DNA of 64,000 bases, taken from positions 1 through 64,000 of IMG/VR virus record IMGVR_UViG_2541047850_000005; one strand, written 5' to 3'. Within the stretch, counting starts at the first letter, position 1. The number at the start of each line of letters is the position of its first letter. Shown here piece after piece: positions 57,277 through 64,000 of this stretch. The position numbers were made by a program, and so were the translations under genes. The DNA is from a virus. Lineage: Duplodnaviria > Heunggongvirae > Uroviricota > Caudoviricetes. The notes beneath the pieces are model-generated. The model saw only the letters and a list, made by a program, of their open reading frames with translations. It was not told the DNA's origin and did not search any database.

Positions 57277-59385
57277 TCACTTCAAAATGATACGAGATAG
57301 TTCAGTAACTACAGATGAACCAAGACTATCAACGCTCGTTACCAGGGCATGGTTTGCGTAAAATCTCTCCGGTGCGTCAGTCATGATGCCAATTGCCATC
57401 AAATCAATGTCAGTCTGCGTTTCAATTTGCTTCGCAACCGAACGCAAATGAGCGTCAAAACCTCTCCCAACAGCCAACGGCTCGCCATCATTCAGAACAA
57501 GCATGATCTTCCTGTCCTCCATGCGACCGGAAAATAACGATGCAAGGCTGGCTATGCTTTCACCATCCACGTTATTAAGAAGTGGGAATGTGTAGCCTAC
57601 GCACCCCATACGTGAGCGAACTTCGCGAGAATTTACCTTTTCATTCCAATTTTTGATGATAGGTAGCATTAAAGATTCAAAGCGAGAGAACTCATACTTG
57701 ACAGCCTTAAGTTCTCCTGCCGCCATATGACTACCAAATGTAGTGAAGCCGGTGATAATGTTGGGAACATTTATTCGATCAAGGGCATCGGCGATGGTAT
57801 ATGCACTTGCAAGAGCCAATTGTATCGTTATACCACTCATTGAACCTGATAAATCAATCACTTGTTGAACACAGGCGTTAACGGCTTTAGATTCTTCTTT
57901 TTTACGAAACACGCGATCATCATTCATTGCTAATCTGTAGATACTAGAACCATGAATGCGCCCCCGACGCTGGCCCGGTATAAACTGAACTCTGTTTCTG
58001 CTTGCTATTGCTCGCTCCAGGTCTTTTGCCAGCGTCGACGAAACACCTGACGAAAGATGCTTTTCAATATATTTGTCGAAGAGCTGGTTGCCTTCAGGAA
58101 CGATGCGATAGCGGCTGATTGGATATCCTCCTAAATCAATATCGGAGAATGTTTTAATAAGCCGTTTGATATGGGCTTCTGCCTGATCAATCGAGCCGAT
58201 GAAGTCGTATGAGCGATTGTATGGCCTGTATTCACTTTTCGAGCTTTCTGTTAACTCGCTTTTAATCGTTTCGGATAGAGCATCTTCTGTCATGCCTCCG
58301 ACTTCATCTTCTATGCTATCCAGCTCCTCTAAAGCCTCTTCCAGACTCATTTTTGACGTAGTTGGAATATCTGAAGAGCCGTCTTCTGTCGTTTTTCTTT
58401 TTTCGTGGTCAGCGGTTAATGATTCTGACGCCGCGTTATCAGAAGCATCAGAATCTGATACCTCTTTATCATTTTCTGTATCATCGAATATTGTTTCTGA
58501 TGATTCAGAATTATCTGAATCATCACTGTCGTTATTATCATGTTTGTGCTTACTATGTGATTCTGATTTGATAGATTTGTGATTATCTAACAATGAGGGT
58601 GTCTCATGATCTTCGTTGTCTTCATTGTTTTCTCCAGAGGCATCCGTCTGGTCAGCGTCTGAAGGATCGGAAGTTTTTCCCGGAGCTGACTCCTTACCTT
58701 TGCTTTCACTTTCAGTGTCTTTGAGGATCTTAGCTATGGTCGCAGCCACCTTTACACAATCCTCGGTGCAAGACATGTTACGCACGGCCACATCGATACC
58801 ATGTTCTTTTAATAATGAAATTGGTTTCTCAATGACAGGCCAATATTCATCCATGAAATCTACGAACGGTGCTTGGCCATCCCAGGCTCTTACAACCGGA
58901 CAGAGAAAGAAGTTTAGAAAAAGCGCGCGCTGATCTTTGCCACAATAAGCAATAGCCTCTGAAGCCTTTGGTTTAAAGACTTTTTCGATTATAAGGCGCT
59001 GAGTTGCCATCAGATTACGTCTTGTTCCGTTAAAGACCTGACCCATTTTTCGCTCGATGAACACGTCTTCTAAGGCATTCCATAGCGACCAGGAAGGAAC
59101 GCGTCCTTTTTCTTTCATTTTGTTGGACACACGAATATCGGTAAACAAAATGTGAGCAACCTCATGATCGAGAAATCCGCGCACAGCATTCATCAATGCC
59201 GGTGTTGCGTTATCCGGGATTGATGGGATGTTTACGAGAATTGGCTCTCCATCATCATTATAGCGTACATAAGCGTCGTCCCCTCGTTCTGCAACAGGGA
59301 TGTTTTTACCTGAAAGGAGAGCGACTACTCGTTTTACACTGTCACGGAAGTCCTGAACCTCTTTGATGGAACGTTTTTTAGACAT
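57277..59385 (-). CDS. CobT-like protein with C-terminal von Willebrand factor A (vWA) domain and acidic low-complexity central region
   Basis: MIDAS-like motif ..VIDLSGSMSG.., D/E/S-rich linker, 702 aa; adjacent to the MoxR-like ATPase. Confidence 0.7.
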   Translation of the reverse strand: MSKKRSIKEVQDFRDSVKRVVALLSGKNIPVAERGDDAYVRYNDDGEPILVNIPSIPDNATPALMNAVRGFLDHEVAHILFTDIRVSNKMKEKGRVPSWSLWNALEDVFIERKMGQVFNGTRRNLMATQRLIIEKVFKPKASEAIAYCGKDQRALFLNFFLCPVVRAWDGQAPFVDFMDEYWPVIEKPISLLKEHGIDVAVRNMSCTEDCVKVAATIAKILKDTESESKGKESAPGKTSDPSDADQTDASGENNEDNEDHETPSLLDNHKSIKSESHSKHKHDNNDSDDSDNSESSETIFDDTENDKEVSDSDASDNAASESLTADHEKRKTTEDGSSDIPTTSKMSLEEALEELDSIEDEVGGMTEDALSETIKSELTESSKSEYRPYNRSYDFIGSIDQAEAHIKRLIKTFSDIDLGGYPISRYRIVPEGNQLFDKYIEKHLSSGVSSTLAKDLERAIASRNRVQFIPGQRRGRIHGSSIYRLAMNDDRVFRKKEESKAVNACVQQVIDLSGSMSGITIQLALASAYTIADALDRINVPNIITGFTTFGSHMAAGELKAVKYEFSRFESLMLPIIKNWNEKVNSREVRSRMGCVGYTFPLLNNVDGESIASLASLFSGRMEDRKIMLVLNDGEPLAVGRGFDAHLRSVAKQIETQTDIDLMAIGIMTDAPERFYANHALVTSVDSLGSSVVTELSRIILK

Positions 59386-59943
59386 GGCTAATCCTTTGTT
59401 ATGAAAACAAATTATTTACTAGTATGTTTAATGTAGCACTGCGCGAACAGGGAACTAAGCCATTCGCGCAGGTAGCAGAGGGGTTAACAGGTTCTGACGG
59501 CTAAAGAGCCAGAGCCGGTATTGATAAGCGTGAAGCGTTTGTTATTAAGTAGGAATATAAAGGCTGTTGCGTCATGCATACCAACCTGAATCTGCTCATT
59601 TGGTAATTCGGTGAGAATGTCAGCTACACATTCATCAGCTAATTTTTCAACGTGTCCGATCTCAAGAGTGATTAGGCTGGAAATAGTTGTTTTCATTCAA
59701 TCAATCCATTCTAACTTAAAATATGGTAGGGAGTACTATTAAATCTTATATCATAATTGAACTTATCTATATCATATCTGAGTTAGTTTTGTTACATGTT
59801 ATTAGTCGTTTTTCTCCATTAATGAATGCTGATTGGTTAATATTTGTGCCTGTAGAAAAAATGATTATATCTTTACAACCCTAACCTTTGATGTAATATC
59901 GGTAAGCACTTACCAGAGAGTTTAACGCGCAAAGGTCGCAATA

Positions 59944-60330
59944 ATGTCTGACAAAAACATTGAATTTATAGAAAGTCGCTATGCTGCTTTTATCGCAGGG
60001 CTGATTGAATCCTCACCTATGAGTCAGGCCCAAATAGCCAGACTTATTGGTTATAAAAATGCCAACAACCTTTCTTTAATTAAAAGTGGTAAAATTCCTT
60101 TGCCTATCGATAAGGTTCGTCCGCTGGCGTTGGCGCTGGGTATTGAGCCAAGTCGTCTTATGATGATGGTGCTGGAAGAACGCCAACCTGAACTCGCAGC
60201 ATTTTTATACAAAGAAGGCACCGCTCCTCTTAACGAGGACGAAAAACAGGTTCTTGCTGCATATAACGAGCGATTCGGTAAAGAGAAAGGCGCATCACAA
60301 AAGGTTGTTGAGGCCATAAAGTCTCTATGA
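59944..60330 (+). CDS. HTH (XRE/Cro-CI-like) DNA-binding protein
   Basis: ..SQAQIARLIGYKNANNLSLIKSGK.. helix-turn-helix; convergent with and overlapping the integrase 3' end. Confidence 0.65.
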   Translation: MSDKNIEFIESRYAAFIAGLIESSPMSQAQIARLIGYKNANNLSLIKSGKIPLPIDKVRPLALALGIEPSRLMMMVLEERQPELAAFLYKEGTAPLNEDEKQVLAAYNERFGKEKGASQKVVEAIKSL

Positions 60331-61428
60331 AAAATTTAGACGAATAAGCTCTGTTGATAGACGATCTCCCTTGAATTTGTGGTCAATTTCGTCTAAATCC
60401 GGTTGCTCTACGATTGATGCGATGTACGTTGAGAAACTTTCTAAGGCGTCTCGCATCTCGTCCATATAATCGTGCCGGTCGTAGACCCGATCTATCCCCT
60501 CAAGACTGTGGTTCATGATTTTGCGTGATACCTCCTGGCTTATGCCTAATGCTGGGAAGTAACTACGCGCAGTACGACGCAAATCTCGGGGTGTAAATGG
60601 CGCAAGCTCCATCAGTTCTGGTCGTTCCAGAATACGACGTAATGCCTGGGCTATTGCCACTTTAGACATAGGAAGGTCTTTCCCGATTTTTTTATTCGAA
60701 GGCACGAGCCACTGGCTGTCTTTACCGTATTCGAACAACTCTTCAATGCATGTGCGCATTAATGTGCTTAAAGGCAGCGAATGCTCACGTGCTGACTTGT
60801 TTCTCTTGCCTTGATTCCAAACTCCACGCTTAAGATTGAACTCACTTTTTTTAGCCCTCAGTACTTCGTCAGGTCGTCTTGCTGATACAAGACACAGCCT
60901 GGCCGCCCATTTTGTACCAGCGCACACATTGAAGTAGTCCCATATATTCCAGAACACCCATACCTCTGCGTCGGTCAGCTTCCGCTCGCGAGGTGTGGGC
61001 TTTGCGCCACCGGCAACTTTGTTTAGTGACATATCGTTTAACGGTGACACGTCTATCATCCCCTGGAAGGCGCACCAGCTAAGGAACTGCTTCATCAGAG
61101 AGAAAACGCGGCGGCCCATAACAATTTTGCCATCCAGTATTAGTGGGTTGACCAGTTGGTTCACCATGAACCTATTAATGTCACTTACTTTTACATCGGC
61201 AATGTGCGGCAAAACATGTATCAAAATACAATGAACAGCGATCTCTGGCCGACGTCTGGTTATCAGCAGAGATAAGCGAGTGAATAACATGAATGCGTCC
61301 GAGAATTTCATATCATTGCTAACCTGCGAGATCATAACGGCCTGCATTTGAGATGCTCTTTCGAGATACTCAATCGCCTCTTTTGAGGTGTTCTCAGCAG
61401 CGCGTGCTCTGTCAAAGCTATTTTTCAT
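60325..61428 (-). CDS. int: tyrosine recombinase / phage-type integrase
   Basis: C-terminal catalytic region ..FTPRDLRRTARSYF..RKIMNHSLEGIDRVYDRHDYMDE.. (R..H-x-x-R..H/Y pattern of tyrosine recombinases). Confidence 0.8.
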   Translation of the reverse strand: MKNSFDRARAAENTSKEAIEYLERASQMQAVMISQVSNDMKFSDAFMLFTRLSLLITRRRPEIAVHCILIHVLPHIADVKVSDINRFMVNQLVNPLILDGKIVMGRRVFSLMKQFLSWCAFQGMIDVSPLNDMSLNKVAGGAKPTPRERKLTDAEVWVFWNIWDYFNVCAGTKWAARLCLVSARRPDEVLRAKKSEFNLKRGVWNQGKRNKSAREHSLPLSTLMRTCIEELFEYGKDSQWLVPSNKKIGKDLPMSKVAIAQALRRILERPELMELAPFTPRDLRRTARSYFPALGISQEVSRKIMNHSLEGIDRVYDRHDYMDEMRDALESFSTYIASIVEQPDLDEIDHKFKGDRLSTELIRLNFS

Positions 61429-61444
61429 ATGACAATCACCGAGT

Positions 61445-61464
61445 TACGCCGATTTACTGTATAA
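61445..61464 (-). promoter_or_regulatory. LexA (SOS) box TACTGTATAAGTAAACAGTA upstream of the integrase gene
   Basis: CTGT-N8-ACAG core, 17-36 bp upstream of the int ATG. Confidence 0.6.
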
Positions 61465-61522
61465 GTAAACAGTATATTAGGCATAGATTCTTATAGGATC
61501 AAGAGTAAAAGTAACTCATTTT

Positions 61523-61563
61523 CAGTAATGATTCCATACATAGTAGGTATGGAATCATTACTG
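61523..61563. repeat. perfect 16-bp inverted repeat CAGTAATGATTCCATA-N9-TATGGAATCATTACTG
   Basis: read directly; located ~100 bp outside the integrase start, candidate recombination or protein-binding site. Confidence 0.5.
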
Positions 61564-61892
61564 CATTTTCAGCCAATTCTGTAGCGCCTACGACTACGCT
61601 AACGAAGCGTTCGGGGTAACAGTTCCTCCCATCGTTAACTTGGTGAATATGTACTATTATCTACTAACTTAATAGGGCAATGTGATAAGGGGCATCAATT
61701 TGTATAGTCTGCATTCACTGCCCTTATAGCCAGGCGTGATAGTGGAAAAACGGTCAGGATCAAATCATCTTGGATGACAAAAAAACTATTGCAAAAAATA
61801 ATAACTAGTATTTTCCACTTTCTGAGTATGTGTGGGTTTTTAATAAATACTGTCTATATATTATACCAAAAAATATAAATATTTAGATAATA

Positions 61893-61917
61893 AATAAAAA
61901 GCCACAATGCGGTGTGG
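61893..61917 (-). terminator. rho-independent terminator downstream of AraC-family gene
   Basis: GCCACA-ccgcat-TGTGGC hairpin followed by TTTTT on the minus strand. Confidence 0.55.
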
Positions 61918-61960
61918 CAAGATCTGAAGGGGTATATCAGAGGGCTGGTTTAATTGTGGG

Positions 61961-62743
61961 TTATTTTGAGATATATAAAGTTTTGTGTGGCTGTTTATTT
62001 TTCAGGTAAAATTGTTTAGGTGTCATATTGAAGTACCTCTTAAACACTGAGATAAAGTATGCTTCACTTGTATATCCTAAACACTTGGCGACAAAACCAA
62101 CTTTCCCAGTGTTGTGTTCTAATAGTTGTAACGCGTTTTTCATTTTAGTATCTAAAGTTAACTGTGTAAAAGTATAATTTTCCTCTTTTAGTCTTCTCCT
62201 CAATGAGGATTCTGAAGTATAAAGAGCGGAAGCCATTTCGCCTATACGCCATTGTTGAGTTAAGTTTTTTTCTAAGATGGATGATACTTTTTCTGAAATC
62301 AAAATTACTGGCATTGACTGCTTAAAGAAGTTTGTAAGTTCATAGGTGTCTATGCGGCTGAATAAAAATAACAGTATGCTAACGCGTCTAAAACCTGATT
62401 TTTCATTTTTAAGTTGTCTAAAGGCTAACTCTTCTTCCGTGTTCAGACTTGGTCCGATAATTAATGGTGGTTTGTTGTTGGTCGGGTGTATATTAACGCA
62501 GGAGAGAAATTTCACAATAATTCCAATATCCTCATCTTGAATAGTATAAATTTCGTCAGCAGAAACACGTCCGCTCAAACCAACAATTTTACTCTTTTTG
62601 CTAATAATGAAAAATGTATTTTTTAAAAGTTCTATCTCTTGATGCTCATTCAAATAAATTTTTATTGATTGATGTTTGACATAAACTAAGGTGTATTTAT
62701 TAAATATCATGTTTTTAAATGGCAACATGGTATTTTCCATCAC
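61961..62743 (-). CDS. AraC/XylS-family transcriptional regulator
   Basis: C-terminal double HTH signature (..IGEMASALYTSESSLRRRLKEE.. and ..VGFVAKCLGYTSEAYFISVFKRYFNMTPKQF..). Confidence 0.8.
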   Translation of the reverse strand: MMENTMLPFKNMIFNKYTLVYVKHQSIKIYLNEHQEIELLKNTFFIISKKSKIVGLSGRVSADEIYTIQDEDIGIIVKFLSCVNIHPTNNKPPLIIGPSLNTEEELAFRQLKNEKSGFRRVSILLFLFSRIDTYELTNFFKQSMPVILISEKVSSILEKNLTQQWRIGEMASALYTSESSLRRRLKEENYTFTQLTLDTKMKNALQLLEHNTGKVGFVAKCLGYTSEAYFISVFKRYFNMTPKQFYLKNKQPHKTLYISK

Positions 62744-62799
62744 GCAAATTTTTATATTACCACACCATGATTATGATGTGGTACATACTATATGAATAT

Positions 62800-64000
62800 C
62801 TATTCGCAAACTAGGGAGAGTCGACTTATCTTGCTTTGGTTTGCTTTTAATTCAAATCGTGCGGAGCATTGGCTTTCTTTATTGTCTCCCCATTGGACAT
62901 GCATTTCACCTCTGTCAGGCATACCACTCATCCATACCTGCCCATCGTTCGAAACAATGCTTGTTACACTGATATCTCCGGCTTCTCCTTTTAACGAGGC
63001 AATAGCGCCAAAAGGAACGAAATTACCATTTTTTCTAATCAAAGTAATAAGTGCCTTATGTCCAGATACTACATTAAATTTGGCGTGAACTAACGCCCCA
63101 CGGGAAGGTACTACCGTTAAATCAGATTTAATTATTTCAGTTTCTTCATTAACCTTGTTTACGTCTAGAGATATTCCATTTTTTCTATAGGGTGAAAGGT
63201 AAGGAACCACAGCATATCCATTGAAATCTGTGCTAATACCAATACCTCTTTTTACTTTGATGTCTTCTACGCCATTAGTGTCGATCAATGCATTAGCTCC
63301 GTCAAGAGATAACGGCTGAGACAATACAATCCCTTTTTTGTGTACAACTACTCCACCGCTAATGCCAAATTGTAATTGTTTTGAGTTATGTTGATGTGAC
63401 ACTGTTGATTGTATCTCTCCCTTGGAGGATTTATATCTCAGCGTTGCATTACCTGAACTGGAGTCACGACTACCGCTATGATAACCTTCCATGAAACTAT
63501 AATATAATTGCTGGTCTATAAAATAACCACTCACACCTGCTTGTGTATTTGTGCTATTTCCTGAATTGTATACATTTGTTGTCAATGATGCATTACTATA
63601 GTTCGAAAAAGAACTAAAAGGTACTGAAACTGAAAGATAAACAGATTTATCTATATCTTCATATTGTGGTTGTTTATTATAGTTTAATGACAAGGATGTA
63701 AATACCTTTTTTACAGGAAACGAATACGATAGCCGAAATTGGCGACTATCTTTAGCATTTCTATAAGTAGTCCAGTCTGAGGATAAGGTCAATTGGTTAG
63801 TATTGCCAATACTTTGTTGCAACTGAGTGGTAATTCTATTTATTTTATTAAATTTGGAATTATTACCAATCTTCATCTGTTGATAATCATTAAAAGAATA
63901 GAAGTTCTGTGAATTATAAAGTTGCTCTGTCAAATTCAAATAAGTACCTGTAGACTCAAATCCTTTCGCAAACATTAGTCGAGTTACAGAACCATTTTCA
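62800..64000 (-). CDS. fimbrial usher protein, C-terminal portion (gene continues beyond window end)
   Basis: C-terminal usher signature ..VPFGAIASLKGEAGDISVTSIVSNDGQVWMSGMPDRGEMHVQWGDNKESQCSARFEL..; the track ORF is open to the window edge. Confidence 0.8.
   Translation of the reverse strand, partial: ENGSVTRLMFAKGFESTGTYLNLTEQLYNSQNFYSFNDYQQMKIGNNSKFNKINRITTQLQQSIGNTNQLTLSSDWTTYRNAKDSRQFRLSYSFPVKKVFTSLSLNYNKQPQYEDIDKSVYLSVSVPFSSFSNYSNASLTTNVYNSGNSTNTQAGVSGYFIDQQLYYSFMEGYHSGSRDSSSGNATLRYKSSKGEIQSTVSHQHNSKQLQFGISGGVVVHKKGIVLSQPLSLDGANALIDTNGVEDIKVKRGIGISTDFNGYAVVPYLSPYRKNGISLDVNKVNEETEIIKSDLTVVPSRGALVHAKFNVVSGHKALITLIRKNGNFVPFGAIASLKGEAGDISVTSIVSNDGQVWMSGMPDRGEMHVQWGDNKESQCSARFELKANQSKISRLSLVCE

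Noticed and set aside
13168-61470. Calling the island an intact prophage
   Set aside because: No terminase, portal, major capsid, tail or lysis genes recognisable, so I describe it as a virion-less replicative island rather than a prophage; a satellite or decayed phage-plasmid remains possible.
61429-61960. tRNA or tmRNA gene as integration target next to the integrase
   Set aside because: No cloverleaf-compatible sequence (no GTTCGAATCC-type T-arm, no CCA-adjacent acceptor stem) seen by eye; cannot be fully excluded without tRNAscan.

Overview
The window is an Escherichia-like replicon segment with two conserved host genes (metG, minus strand, 9876..11909; apbC/mrp, plus strand, 12067..13167) sandwiched between two accessory regions; coding is mostly on the minus strand. 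LEFT (1..9.8 kb): an IS3 copy (716..1973) inserted in-frame into a lipoprotein gene with an ATT target duplication, a short AT-rich plus-strand operon, a run of small minus-strand ORFs of unknown function, and an ~850-bp strongly G+T-skewed non-coding tract with degenerate repeats. RIGHT (about 13.2..61.5 kb): a ~48-kb island with a tyrosine integrase at its right edge and an almost complete DNA replication, recombination and nucleotide-metabolism gene set (DnaE-type polymerase, DnaQ-like exonuclease, Toprim protein, gp32-like SSB, flap endonuclease, RNase HI, intein-containing RecA, SbcCD-like nuclease, RuvC-like resolvase, NrdAB, ThyA, DHFR, P-loop kinase, Dam-like and a second N6-adenine methyltransferase, CobS/CobT-like MoxR-vWA pair, SPFH lipoprotein, UmuD-like protein) plus a P1/F-type RepA-iteron replicon, but no recognisable terminase, portal, capsid or tail genes. 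From memory this gene content resembles the DNA-metabolism half of SSU5/pHCM2/pMT1-type phage-plasmids; here it looks integrated and virion-less, and I consider this the most interesting candidate system. Beyond the island lie an AraC-family regulator and the C-terminal part of a fimbrial usher (truncated by the window end). A palindromic motif (GAAAACAAnTTGTTTTC-like) recurs just upstream of many gene starts in BOTH accessory regions, suggesting common origin or regulation. LexA boxes precede the UmuD-like gene and the integrase. No tRNA, rRNA or CRISPR array was found. All calls rest on motif-level reading of the translations; no database search was run, and hand-read motif coordinates may be off by 1-2 bp.
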